Source of the DNA: Octopus sinensis
Lineage: Eukaryota
Reading direction: 5' to 3'
Assembly: GCF_006345805.1 (NCBI RefSeq)
Contig: NC_043011.1
Coordinates: 15,574,464-15,638,463, forward strand
DNA length: 64,000 nucleotides
Numbering within the stretch: the first letter of the stretch is position 1; the number at the start of each line of letters is the position of its first letter. The notes below the pieces were generated by a model. The model saw only the letters and a program-made list of their open reading frames with translations, was not told the origin of the DNA and did no database searches. Both the position numbers and the translations under genes were made by a program. This document shows positions 13,290 through 27,029 of the stretch, in pieces.

Positions 13290-13900
13290 AGCAAATAACC
13301 CACTTTCTCGGAGACAATAACCTGCTGAACCCCAACCAGCTTGGTTTCCGTGTTGACAAGGACTGCTTGTCGCCGCTTCTGCACGATTTTGACGACACTT
13401 TAAAAGCTTTCGGAAAAGGATCCAACACTGACGTCATATACCTTGATTTCAGCAAGGCATTTAATGGAGGGGACCACAAAATCCTGCTGAAGAAACTGTA
13501 CAACGTTGGAATCCGTGGAAAACTACTGCAGTAGATAAAATATTTCATGACAAACAGAACCCAACATGTTTTATGCGAGGAACTCCGATCAAGCTCAGCC
13601 AAAGTCAGTAGTGGCGTCCGACAAGGTATTCTGTTGGATCCACCCCTCTTCGTTATCTACATCAATGACATTATACCATAAATTCATGAAAACGGAAACA
13701 GATACAATAAAATTCAAAAGTTCTCTGGATAAATTTCTTCAAAAATCCCGGACCAACCTCCTACATCCGGATATGTCTCCAACAGTAACTCTTTATTAGA
13801 GTGGGACATGGTGCCTCATGTATGACTAAAAGACTTCACCAGTGTTTGCTACTAAGTTAGACATGGCCTGTGACTAAACTGGCCGAAACCTGTCTAAGTC
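13290..13900 (+). pseudogene. CR1-like LINE RT remnant, internally deleted
   Basis: NLLNPNQLGFR...TDVIYLDFSKAF...HKILLKKL, then SGVRQGILLDPPLFVIYINDI. The sequence then jumps to the C-terminal FKSSLDKFLQK motif. Confidence 0.8.
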
Positions 13901-14876
13901 ATCTAAATTATCTAAGTTATTATGTTCATTTTTATGTAGTTGGTTAAGTATTTATTAATATATAGGGGATATAATATAAGATTTAGAATTGATCTTTTGA
14001 TTAAAATTACTAAATACATTGTATGTAACCTATTTTCAATGATGCATATACACTAATACAGCTCAACGAAGTTTCGATGATTATTTTCCGATTCACACTT
14101 TATACATCTGTTACTACTATTTTCTTAGGTTCTTCTGAAGATCACCGAGGTTTTTTTAAAGATTAAATACAGCATATTTGAAGTTCCCCTAAGTTATTCG
14201 AAATGAAATTGGCGTTCTAAAGTTGTTTAAATGCAGTTCTTAATTAACTTCTCATACATTTTATTTCAAAACTGACGAGATATATCAACGCTTGCCCTTT
14301 CTTCGCAGTTCTTATACAATTTCAATAAAGTGTTGTGTAGTATGAAATATATGCTCATTGTTTTACATAATTGTCTGAGTTCCAGATCTATAGATGAGCA
14401 ATATTTCATGCGATATCAAACGACAGTCAGTTTGAGACGTATGGGAGGCAGGAAATAGAAGTAGAGAAACAGTTGAAGTGAGAGATCTGAATATAAGAGA
14501 GTTAGAATTGTAGATATCAAGAAAACGAAGCAAATTGTTTAGTAAATCAACCATACTGAAAAAGAAACTCCGGAAATATAATTCGGGTAAATTCTACATA
14601 CTCTTTCATTAGAATTTGCATTTTCATTTCTTTTCATCAACAAAAGAAAGGTCTCAATAGCTTATGTAGATATCCTAAACAAACGTATCCGGTTTTAAAC
14701 GAGCAGAACCATATGTTGAGTGAAATGAACGCATTTGTGAAAGCTTCCAAATAATTATTTTCGAGAAACCACAAATTGGTGAAAATGCTAACAAGAAAAA
14801 CAACGAAGACTGATCCAGAAAAAATGAGGCGATATATATACATGTGTGTGTGTGTATGCGTGCGTGTGTGTGTGTG

Positions 14877-14937
<61 letters not shown>

Positions 14938-16372
14938 CCAGAGGGGGAGAGAGAGAAGGAGGAAGTGAGAAAGTGTGTGTGTGTGTGAGAGAGAGAGAGA
15001 GAAAGAAAGAACGATTTATCTCAAGTGAAACAGTAGCTTCAAGGACTCCGGAAGCACCATTAATCGCAAGAAAAGTAATATGAATGCTATACTAGAAGAA
15101 AGCTTGAATGTTTTTAAAATATGAAAACGTTTGGTGCTTTGCCAGGAGATATATATTAGGAAGGAGAAGAATCGGAAAGGTAGAATTGCTCCTACATAAA
15201 TGAAGATACCTCAGTGGAGAAGAAATTGAAGGAAGGGGAATTATTGAGGGTGGGAGTGGAAGAAAGATATAGAGAAAGAAAGAGAGAGAGAGAAGGAGAG
15301 AGTGGGGAATTTGTAGAAGTAGAAATAAGATAGAAAAGGGTGAAAAAGAAACGCAACAAGAAGAAAATGTTATCAGAAGATGCAAACGAGAAACAGAGAC
15401 AGGGAAATTATAGAAGAGACAACAAAACCAATCAACGTATTTTTCTCCCTACTGCACTGGCAAAACAATGCTGACAATATGAGATAATTAAGTGTAAGAT
15501 CCATATCTTACTCAGTGAACAACTTAACATATAATTCGAAAACTCACCCTCATAGCTGTGGCACTACGAATGTTAATCGCTAAGTTCTGCACATCATTGA
15601 AATTTGTATCGCAAGTTCTATAGAAGGAAAAAATTGTGTACTTGTAGCAGCAATCAAACGTTTCCGTATTACACAATAGGCAAAGAAAGAATACGAGCTT
15701 GAGATAGAATCGATTGTTGCTTGTAGAGAAAATATGGAAAAAGAAAAGAGAAGTAACGATTTACTTGAATAAATATTTCAGATCCTTCCTTTGTGTCTGT
15801 GGGTGCACAGAAACATGGCGTTTCTTGTTTAAGAGTTCGTGGTGAAATCTAGCATTTGTGCATGAAGAAAGCATCCATGGGAGCAATGTGGGCAACGACA
15901 GCTTGCTCAACTCCATGTTTTAGATTCCGGTGAAGCAACTGTCACTAGAATACAATGGTGACCGTTTAGAGGAAATATTCAATAACGTGACGTTTTTTAT
16001 AAGGGAATTGTGTATACCCAAAAGCATATAAAATAGCTTGAAAAAGGAGTTAAAATACATACTGTACTGTGCATTTACCTACCAAGCTATGGTATTCATA
16101 ATTGAAAGAAATTCAAGCAGAATGCAGGCAGTGCCCCTGGCCAACAATTGAGGAAGTAGATATGATATTATCGAATAAAGAATGGGAAGCGATATGCGGA
16201 ATATATCCTTGTATTTTGACTCGTGGTTGATTTTAATATATGTAGACCAAAGTTAGGCTTACAGATGTACGGTTCATAATTACCATTAAAGGACGTGGGT
16301 GACAACCACAAAGGCAAACAATAAGTATATGATATCTGTATATCTATAATATATATATATATATATTTATAT

Positions 16373-16403
<31 letters not shown>

Positions 16404-16435
16404 AATATATATATACACATATATGTATATGTGTA

Positions 16436-16496
<61 letters not shown>

Positions 16497-18367
16497 ATAT
16501 ACACCAAATTATTCAGTATATAATTTTCATAATACTGACTAATGTCAGTATAACGTATTTAGCTGGAAAGTCAAGTTTGTTTAACAATTATTAATCTAGA
16601 CACTGGATATAGGTACTAACCCTAACAAAGTCTATCAGAGTAGAAACGCAAACATACAAACAACAAATGCATTGAATATGCATATTTCTGTACTTCTGTA
16701 GTTTTGCACCATCCATATTGATCAACTTTAAAGTCATATATGTGGTAACGGGGGAGAAGAGTTCGATATCAGCATTGCCGAGTCGTTTTACGGGAAGTTG
16801 ACTTGTTAGGTGACGAGCGCTCTGCTTTGCGCTACGAATAGTTCCTAAATCGAACTATGCTTGGAATCGATCACTTCAAGCGAATGCTGCTCCTGACAGA
16901 TAGCACTTAACATCAACAACAGAAACCGATACCATCTTAGAATAGATAATGTGAATTTAGAAAATGTCACCAGAATAAACAGGAAAGGAAGTGTCAGTTT
17001 GTGAAAACTGCATTTACCGCAATGCTGCATTGATGCAAAAATTGCGCTTATAATTTATGGCAGTATATGTGTACTGCTTGGAGAAAAACAGTGTTGCCCG
17101 TGTTTTTCAGTGTCATGAATAATGAAATTATTTACTCAGCTTCTTGATATAGGCATATTTACAACTGTTGATTGATCTAGGTGAACTTGCTCTATAGAAC
17201 AATCCATGTAAATGTTGAATATATTGATATTGAGCCATATGAAATGATGGTATCTGCTTTCTTATCTTCCCTGTTTGAAGCAAAGATAAAAGATTTTTAT
17301 ACGTTTCAGTTAAAGCTTTTCGTATATGATTTTCGTATATGATCTGAATAATATTTGAAATCGTAGAAACGTATGAAGTGCAGGGAGAATATATTTTAAA
17401 ATCACAAGATGAAATGTAATATTCAGAATACATGTTATTGGGCTAAATATAAAATAATCATCTGTAACATTTTGATAAAAATAAAGAGGATAGAAATGAA
17501 TAAAATAGGTAAGTACTTAGACATTTTGAATCGAGAGCTCGAAATTTGACTGTTTGCTATAGAGAGATACCAAAGAAAATTGCTTTCTTTACCTCTGTAA
17601 TCAGGCTTAAATGTGGTTCGAAAATAATCTCCAGAATATATGACTAAATTGACAGGAAATTATAACTGGATGGATGAATATCGCCTATGTGGATGGGAAA
17701 TTGCTATGTAGTACTTCTACAGATTAAAACGATGTAATGAATTACCATAAAGAAAATATATAAAGAATATAGAACAGCCCTAAATTGGAGGCTGATTATA
17801 GAAAAATGTTCCAGACAAAACAAATATATTTTCGATACGCTATTATAAGTAACCCATTCTTAAGCTAAGATGGGAAAAAGTAAACCAATTTGAATTATAC
17901 CAAAAAATAAATAAAATAACACAGAAATAAAGTAATCGCTATTTATAGGCATTACTGAGAAATAGGTCGCTGTTTCTGGGTAGGTTTAAAATGGAGTCGC
18001 TTTATAGCATCGAATGCTAAATGTGCTCTAACCTGGGGAAAATAAATAGTAAAATAGAGTTATTTTGATGAAGATCAAGATAACTGAATTCAATGTCAGT
18101 TATTTTATCATTTATCTACATTATAAATCTTCAATATCAACATAATGAGCTAAAAAATGTTTTTTTAAGTATATACATATAACAAGTATAATGAGTGGAA
18201 AATAACGAGAAGACGCCATACAAAATTAAGGAATTCATTAAGAAAAAATTAATGTGGCATCATATTGTCAATGCATAATATGCACATACATACATACATG
18301 CATGCATACATACAGACCACACACACACACGCACACACATACACATACACATATACATATATAAATC

Positions 18368-18946
18368 ATTAAGGTGGCTATTCGCAATTTAGAACCGATA
18401 GGCAACATGTGCAGTCGTCACTAAAGTGACGGAGAGTGTTACTAAGCATCACCATTGCTAAAAATAAGAGTCAAAACAACTCTTAGCCAAGTGAGAGCAC
18501 TATTCTAATGACTGACAAGGGAGACTGGCTCTCTCCCAACGACAAACGAGATGAAGTCGTATCAACGCTGATTTCAGATTTAATTAATCCATTACTCGGT
18601 CACCGAAGGTTAATGAACCTAAGTCACCTTGTCAGCCTTATAGAGTTCACCATAAGAAACATTGACTGATACTTCTAAAATGGTGAAGAGAGATTTACAA
18701 ATTATTAAGGAGGCTATTAGCAATTTAGAACCGGAAGGCATCAAGTACATTCGTCACTAAAGTGACGAAGGATGCTTGTGAGTACCAGTATTGCCAGAAA
18801 TAAGAGTCAAAGCAAACCTTAACCATGCGAGAGCACTTTTCTAACGGCTGACACGGGAGACAGGCTCTCTCCTTATGACAAGCGAGATGGAGTCATATCA
18901 ACACTGATTTCAGATTTAATCAATCTTCATCAAAGACCCATTACTC
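18368..18946 (+). repeat. Diverged direct duplication (18368-18597 and 18704-18946, period 336 bp)
   Basis: The copies share GCAATTTAGAACCG, CGTCACTAAAGTGACG, AAATAAGAGTCAAA, CTGATTTCAGATTTAAT and CCATTACTC in the same order. Confidence 0.85.
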
Positions 18947-20574
18947 AAGGCTGACAGAGTGACTTAGATTCTTTAACCATCGGCTACGGATGATGGCTCA
19001 CTGATGAAGATTGGTTAAATCTCTCCATTTACTTATAAATAGATTGAGAAATATGGGATGGTTATATTTCCCGTTGTTTTCAATATTGCGCTATGCATAA
19101 TTTGGTCTAATTCATTGATTAGGTTTTAAATGCCACAGAGAGAAGTAATTTCTTGCTAGTACAATGCTAGAGTTGTCTTGGTGCAATCATTAAACGTATT
19201 GATGTTTTGTGTTCTCTGGAAACCTGCTATACTTTTAGCTTAATTTAAAGGGCTACAGACTAGTAAATAACTAAATACTTTGACTTTAGCAAGGGTTGTG
19301 TGCTCGTTTTATGGTGATATAAAATAGCCCTCCTCCTTCTTGCTTTCTCCTACACGAATATGAAATCTGAGATATTTGAGGATGTGTTGGACGATACAAT
19401 TTGAGGATGTGTAGGACGATACAAAGTCGCTTAAAACGGCTGGACTTCAAAACCAGTCTATTTTATATCACACCTTCAGGTCTTGGAAAGAAGAACTACA
19501 CACAGGGTAATACGGTTGTAGAGACCCTATGTCTGGAAATAAATGACATGATTGTATGCAACTGGATCTCTAAAGTAGAACAACATCTTGTTAATGGTAC
19601 ATGTCAGTTCCTATTTGTCGCATTACATATAATAGTCCTAACATTTTCCGATTAACTATACGCTGTAAACATTTAAGCATACTGCGCTTCTCTTTGGCAT
19701 AAGTCAGTTCCTCACAGATATAACAGAATCTGTTTGGATCATTTTTGAACTATCTTGCACTCATTCTTGAAAACAAATAAGATCTGAAAGATAAAAAATA
19801 ACATTAAACACAAGCTTTGAATCACATTGTAGGTGTTACTAAGATTGATCTCTAGCCCTGGGTTGAAACCCATTATACAATGCAGTAGAGAATTTTATTT
19901 AATAATAATGAAAAATAGGGTATACAGAGACAAATCTGTAGAAACCATGCCTAATTCAACAAAAAGAAGGCCAGAAATGGATTTCCCATGTCATTTTGCA
20001 TATAAAAGTGGCCGCAGATCTCCTGTACTTTTTTGAGTGTTGCACAGTGTTATTTATATTCATGAACAAGAGTAGTAAAAGTTCCAAACTTTCTGTTCAC
20101 AGTAATTTACCTGAGTGGGCCCTATTATCGCTCCCAAAGTTATTGGTGAGATTTTAGGGTTATGCATGGTTTAATGAATCTGGATATGATATCAGAATTG
20201 CTAGAATGGATCTAGTTTTTGACGTATCTATTAATTTCAGCTCCCATTCTTATGATTTATGCTCCTTGCTAAACATATGGTTATTTCATAGTAAATTTTG
20301 GCATTAAAAATACTTTTATTACAAAGCATTAGAAAATAGTGACATAAAGTTTCCACAAGTGCATCACATTGTAAGTTGAAAAATCATAAAAAATGAAAAC
20401 ACAAGAATTTTAATGGCATCTTATGCAACACTTGTGTACAAGAGAATACAACACTTGTGTACAACAAAAGGCTGTATGTTATACTAAAATGTATCAATCA
20501 ATCCGTAACAACACAGACTTTCTATGATTTTCTGTTGTTTGGCTTCACAGTACATTCTCACTGAAGATTTATAT

Positions 20575-20915
20575 CTGGAATCATGCATCTGTTCCATCTG
20601 CTTTGTTATCTTTCCTTGGTTCTCTCTGCTTGTCTCTCATAGAAATATCTAAAACTAGCTAGAAATGTGTTCAAGTGGCTATGGCAGAAGTATAATTTTA
20701 CGCTCATATTTGTGCCTATATTTTCAAAATCCTTAATTCTTTCAGCCAATTATTAATAATTGCCCGCTTCGTTGTTACCTACGAGGTTTTCATCACTTGA
20801 GAGATAACGACACCACTCAGAGGCTTCATAATCAGTTGGTTAAATAGGATCCATGATGAGTTTAAGAATGGAGCAGAAAGAAATATTTCTCCTTTTACTT
20901 CTGCTATCTACGTGG
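20575..20915 (-). pseudogene. Chapaev3-like (CMC) transposase C-terminal remnant
   Basis: Manual minus frame reads NLVGNNEAGNY**LAERIKDFENIGTNMSVKLYFCHSHLNTF...ERQAER...QSRWNRCM. This resembles NFLGN.KA.NY...LG.NMS.K.HFLHSHL.FF...DEQGER...YQGRW, which I recall for Chapaev3-type transposases. The family name is from memory. Confidence 0.55.
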
Positions 20916-21329
20916 ATATGTTTATACACTGTACACTTGCGGGGAAATTTTATCTAAACATATGGGAATTTACATGAATATAGATTTATTATATTATATG
21001 TGTATTAATATAAAAATACTCATATATGCATGGAGATGCATTAAGTAGTTTGCGGAGAGAATTCTCGATATACGTGTACGCCTGTATTCATGAGCACAAA
21101 CGACACATATAAATTGCATACGGATTATTTTATGAATTTTACAATATTTATAAATTTAATAAATTTATATAATGTTATGCACAGTGATATTTATGTATAG
21201 TTTTGAATTCTAATTGAGGTATTTGGGAACATCGAAGCAGTGTGGTTATGGGTATAGGAGAGTAGGGGAGTAAATGTAACGAAGAATATAGGTTAGGTTA
21301 TCCGGGCTGTATAATTGGTTTGCTGTAAA

Positions 21330-21910
21330 TGATGCCGTGTTTGAAATATCACAATTTCAGCTCCTGTGTGTGTAAGCAATGAATATTTTAAATAGTTAAT
21401 ATATTTGCTGATATAGTTTGGATATTTACCTTCCTTGTAATACAGAGGTTTCATTTACAGTTTCGACACCTGTTTATATTTCTCTTTTACCTTAATCCTA
21501 TAGGATTAAGGTAAAAGTTTTTATTTTCCAATCACTTTCGGAATTACGACAATTGGTGGCTTGGAGTTTTAACTGCTCTTTCTACTGAATCAGATATCCT
21601 GTTCTTCGGGTATCTCTTTTGTATTTGAACATTCACTGTATTCTTCTTTGAATGTGTTCAGTCCTGGCAACCTACTGAAGAAGCAGCGCCAGATATGGGC
21701 TGAAATTATTTTAATTCAACCTGTATTTAAGTCTGCAGCAACCTTGCGGGGTCTAGGATTAAGGTAAAAGTTTTTATTTTCCAATCACTTTCGGAATTAC
21801 AACAGTTGGTGGCTTGGTGTTTTAACTGCTCTTTCTAGCGAGTCCGATATCCTATTCTTCGAGTATCTCTTTTTGTGTTTGAACGTACACTGTATTCTTC
21901 TTTGAATAAT
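21330..21910 (-). mobile_element. Rearranged Penelope-like remnant with ~153-bp direct repeat (21501-21653 and 21754-21907)
   Basis: The repeat translates on the minus strand as IQKRYPKNRISDSVERAVKTPSHQL, resembling the RT/GIY-YIG linker. A nearby RCRNCK motif resembles GIY-YIG. Confidence 0.5.
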
Positions 21911-22039
21911 ATATAGTCTATTGACTAATTTTTTCTTTCTCGCTAGACCACTGGTAACTAAGAATTTTCGATGAATATTTTTCTTAGAATATTCTTGCTA
22001 CCCTAAGATTTTAATATATATATGTATATATATATAAAT

Positions 22040-22044
22040 ATATA

Positions 22045-22096
<52 letters not shown>

Positions 22097-22245
22097 TATT
22101 TGTGTGTGCCTGCGTTTGTCCCGCACTATCCATTGACAACCGGTATTGGTGTCTTTATGTACCGTAACTTAGTGCTTCGACCAAAATGGACCGATGGAAT
22201 AAGTACTAGGCATATGAAGAATACGTCCCGGGGTCAATTAGTTCG
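22040..22245 (+). mobile_element. SINE family A, 3' half
   Basis: (TG)n followed by TTGACAACCGG...CGTAACTTAG...GAATAAGTACTAGGC. Confidence 0.7.
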
Positions 22246-23399
22246 GTTCATCTATTATTATTCATCCATCTCTCTCTATATATATCTGTTTATGTATCTC
22301 ATTCATTTTCTCGTACCACTTAAACACATCGTTGTTATCATTTAATAAATAGATATAATGGAATGTTTACTGGTTGATGTTTGTCGATTTTATATCCTCT
22401 CCATGTTCTGATTTGCCTATATATATATATATATACATATACATACATGTATGCATATATGCATGCATACATACATACGCATGTATGAGTTCGTATTTCT
22501 ATGCATGTGTGCGTAAACAGTAATGTCTGGTGTGTTTTTGTGAATGTGTATAGCATACTACAACTATATTAATACAGAACAATATGCAGATGTTCAATTT
22601 AGAATTTAGTGTCTTGGCGCCGTGACATGTTAAACTAATAAGAATTGTGCAATTATAATTTACTGTCCAGATATTGGTGACACTACCAAAGACAGTAGTA
22701 TTAGTTATATCACCTTACTTAGTTATATTAGTTATACTAACTTACTATAAAGCTAAACAACATAAACCGCACATGAATCGCATTAGATTTGACCTTCTAT
22801 AATCCCGAAAGTGCATACACATATTTTACTAGGATTCTTAGCTTATTCCTCTCTCTGTCGCCTGAATGAGTCATTAAGATTGAGAATGGAGAGAGAAAAG
22901 CGAGAAAGAGAGAGTAGAAAATGATAGCGAAAGTGCGAAGTATCCAGGCTGCGGTTAGATGCTAGTTTTTCATTGCTCACTGAGCGGACATTGCTTTTCC
23001 AATGTTGTTATTGTTAGAGTAAAGAAAGAAGAAACATTCTTGTGTCTCGGTGCATGATATACATTTGCTCAATACAGTGGGGCGACAAATATAAAGGCCA
23101 TAAAAAGGTTTAGGGCCAATCATATTTCGCCTAAATTTTAGGCGAAATATGATATCTACTGGCCATTTAATTTGTCATTTCCTTCCCATTCTCCTCTCTT
23201 CTATCTTATCTCTTTTCGGTTCAAAGTAGTCAACTACATTTTTCCTCTTCATCATCATTAATCTTTTATCCATTTTGTATTTCTGTCATTACATACTCTA
23301 TTGCCTTTACATGTTGAATAATTTCATTTCCGTCCAAGCACGAAATCTCTATCATGAACACCAGCAGCGGTGTCAGCGTTATGATTGTCATCAACGTCG

Positions 23400-23700
23400 T
23401 CCTTTGCCTCAGCGATTTCGCCCTTCTCACCTTTTCATCGTACAAAATCCATGTGGTCTCGAAAAAGGAAAGCAGTACAATATTACAAAATATATTTTAT
23501 CATGGTTGGTTCCGGTCATATCCCTTATTCCAATCAATATTTGTTCACAACATTTCGAACATACAAGTTCAATCAAGCGTTAAGCATTTCAGCCTCCATC
23601 TATCGATGCAGCTGGTGGTTCCTGGACACAATAATCCACAATTCTCCATAGGTTTCGTCAGTGACTGCATATAAACTTACAAGGAGTGAAATTTCAAGAA
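23400..23700 (-). pseudogene. Possible piggyBac-like transposase remnant
   Basis: Frameshifted SLYAVTDET / LWRIVDYC / NVVNK / NHDKIYF only weakly resembles the piggyBac core. Confidence 0.3.
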
Positions 23701-24275
23701 ATACTAGACTAAATCGTCAATTAACTGAAAAATATCTGTCTCTGTGTTCGTGTGTGCGCGTGTGTATCTCATGACTTCTCATCTGATTAGAACATGTATA
23801 CATTCATATATATATATATATATATATATATACTATAATAAATCTGAATGTCAGTGTGTTACACTTTCTCAACTTCACTCCTAGATGCCGTAGCCCAACA
23901 TATCATACCATTTTGGAATCGAACCGACTGCGTGAGTAAATTAAACGAAAAAACATTCAGAGCCGAATCCGGATCTTCAATACTGTCATTTGGGATTCTT
24001 AAGTTTTCATTACTGCGATTGTTTTCGGCGATTTTTTTACATGATCTGTTGCGACGAATGTTTTTGTACGATAACAATTTTTATAACTTAAAAATAAATT
24101 TTGAGAATAATCGAAATTAATTGCGAAATCCAGGAGATATGACTCTGGGGGAAGCAATTGCAACAGATTCTCCAAAACAAGTCAGAGATCTGTTTGCAGA
24201 TCTTCCCATTTGGGGTCAGTAGCTTAAAAGCTATATACTAGCTTAAAAGCTGCCCAATAGTGTGTCTTTTAAGCT

Positions 24276-24420
24276 AAGTGGGTGTGTGGTAAGCAACTTG
24301 CTTCCTAATCACATGGTTCCGGGTTCAGTCCCACTGCGTGGCACTTAAGGCAAGTGTCTTCTACTATAGCTTCGGGCCACCCAAAGCCTTGATAGACAGA
24401 AACTGATAGGAGCCCGTCGA
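24276..24420 (+). mobile_element. SINE family A head
   Basis: GTGTGTGGTAAG...GGTTCAGTCCCACTGCGTGGC...GAGCCCGTCG. It ends where a Helitron-like sequence starts. Confidence 0.85.
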
Positions 24421-24423
24421 ATA

Positions 24424-25977
24424 TCTCTCTCTCTATATATAAAACTGAGAATGTATTTCTGTCTGTCTGTGTGTTTCCCTAAAACTTGAGAGCTACAAAA
24501 CCAATTTCATTCAAATTTTACACATGCCTTACTTAGGGTCCGGGGAGTGTCATCGGCAAAAAATTTAACTTTTTGCCTAGGGCGAGCCCACAGCAATATA
24601 ATATCTTCTCCACTATGGTTCCCTAAAACTTGAGAACTACACAAACGATTTCATTCAAATTTTACACATGCCTTACTTAGGGTCCATGTAGTTCAACTTC
24701 TTGCCTAGGGCGAGCCCATAGCAATATCATATCTTCTCCACTATTTCAGTATTACGTGTTAAAAGTGAAACAAAAACATTTCTTTATTTTATGTCAGATA
24801 CTTTCACTTTAACAATAAAAATTAGAGATAATAATAACAATTGAATTATATGTAGTAAGTAATAATTAAAATCAAACTGAAGTATAATATAATAATTGAA
24901 TTGTAACATAACAATTAAAAGTAAAAATAGCAATTGGTATAAAAGTGCATCAATGACTTGAACTTGAATAAGTGGTTTCACATGGATGGGAATAAATTAA
25001 AAATAAAATTAGTGTGCAGAAATGTAAAAGTCCAGATGGAGCTGTGCACATACCCTTTACCACGGCTTTTACATTATATTATCTGCTAATTAGCTAGCAT
25101 TAAGTATCTATATGAAGTTTAGCAGTAAGTAATGTCTGTTTTCCCGAACAGCCGCTTCTACTGAGTACTGCTGTTGGTTTATTTCTTATATATAAAGGAC
25201 TATAGCGTCAACTACGTACTGCTTTGTTGTTATTGTTAAGGTTTGTTGTTATTATTATTACTATTTAACTATTGTTATCACGTTTGTTGGTTCCTCGTAA
25301 GGGAAACGTTGTTGTGTTGCATTTGTTAAATAATTGTAAACCGTAAACCTCCCCTTCTGCGAGAAGGAGATTTGGTTATTGTTTAAAAATTGAATTGACA
25401 ATATTTTCACCGTTTATACGGAAGCATTTTTGTTAAAATGCCTTCGATAGAAGAAAGTCCAGAAAGGAATTTCGTTGCAGCCGTCGGCGGGTGCGAACCC
25501 ATTAAAATTAAAATGGAAGAAATACAAACCTATTTCGGATTCATCACCGACAAAGACGGTGAATCTGGGATAAAACCACCAAACGAAATAAAAAATGAAA
25601 TTAAAGAAAAGAATATTGTCTATAAAGTATACAATGTAGAGAAAAAAAAGACTTCAACACCTGGAGGAAAGCACCATCGAAAAGTGTCTTGGTGCGAATG
25701 TGAAAGATATCAAGTATCTAACCAGAGGCGGTAAATTCGCCACAATAGAAGCAAGGTTCGAGTCAACGGAGCGTGCAAGGGAGTACTCGAGTCGAACCTT
25801 GCAAAGTGGAAATATTTTATTTCTACCTTTATATCTGGGACGTAGGACGTCCCGGATAAAAATTTAATATGTCCCCCCAGAAGTAGAGGTAGGCTGGATT
25901 GTAGCCACACTTCTATACAAGAGGGAGGACAAGATACAATTGATCGAAATTGCAAGAGACGGGCCTACAATTCCAGT
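24424..25977 (+). mobile_element. Putative non-autonomous Helitron-like element with internal ~140-bp tandem duplication
   Basis: The 5' end A|TC..TCTATATATAAAACTG resembles the 37160 element. The 3' end GCAAGAGACGGGC...CCAG|T is a degenerate version of GCAACGCCGGGC...CTAG|T. 24475-24615 is repeated at about 24617-24745. Confidence 0.45.
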
Positions 25978-26162
25978 CTGTTATATATTTTGAGTATTGT
26001 TATCACTAGCGATATCAAGATATAACTTTGTATTTTGTATTGTATGTGTAGATGTATATATATAGATGTACATGTAATATGTACACATATATATACACAT
26101 ATATACAGGCACTAGCACTATATATATATTTATACATATATATTTATATACATATATACATA

Positions 26163-26203
<41 letters not shown>

Positions 26204-26319
26204 CCATACACACACACACACATATATATATTTATAAATTTAACCTTTAAAGGTATTTTTTGATATGCTGGCCATTGATAAAAAAATGTTTTCCCGCAAA
26301 AAAAATTATCCTACATTAG

Positions 26320-26392
<73 letters not shown>

Positions 26393-27029
26393 ATTCAATT
26401 TTGTGGATTAATTGATATGCGGGTATTCTCTTTCAGATAATACATAAAATAACCCAATGAGCATATTTGAAGGCAGACTCACGAAATAATACCAGCAGGT
26501 TATATACTTCAATTAAAAATAAAATTATCAATTATGAAGGAACTACACGTTTAATTTAAACATTAAAAATTACAAATTATACTTTATAAAGTTAAGAATT
26601 AAAAATCATAAATTATACATTATAAATATTAATTAGTAGGCATATATCAAAAGTCAATTATATAATGTCAAATACAAAGTATAAGATATAAAACAATAAA
26701 AATGTCTGTGATTAAATGCGAAAAATAACATAAAGATGCAAATACATATCCTCCTTTGATGGAATCAAGATGTCTTTCAAAATGGTGGATTAGAAGTGTA
26801 GATAGCAGAGCACTATGGGAATTTATAGTTGATTGATATCGAGGTGAGTAATTCCACTATGCATAGTTTAATTAAAATTATCTTCTACTATTATCTTTAA
26901 TCTATGTTGAGGGATATATATAATTTGTTATAATATAATTCTTAGTAATATTTAATTAATTAATTAAATTATTTATATAATCTATCCAAGTACTGTAGAA
27001 ATCAAAATGTGTGGTTATTAGATTCATGG

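Noticed and set aside
16840-17433. Academ/XPG-like or LINE remnant (SNREDKKADT)
   Set aside because: There is only one weak motif and no collinear support.
20250-20640. GPCR pseudogene on the minus strand
   Set aside because: The hydrophobic stretches are broken by many stops, and the adjoining frame fits a Chapaev3-like transposase better.
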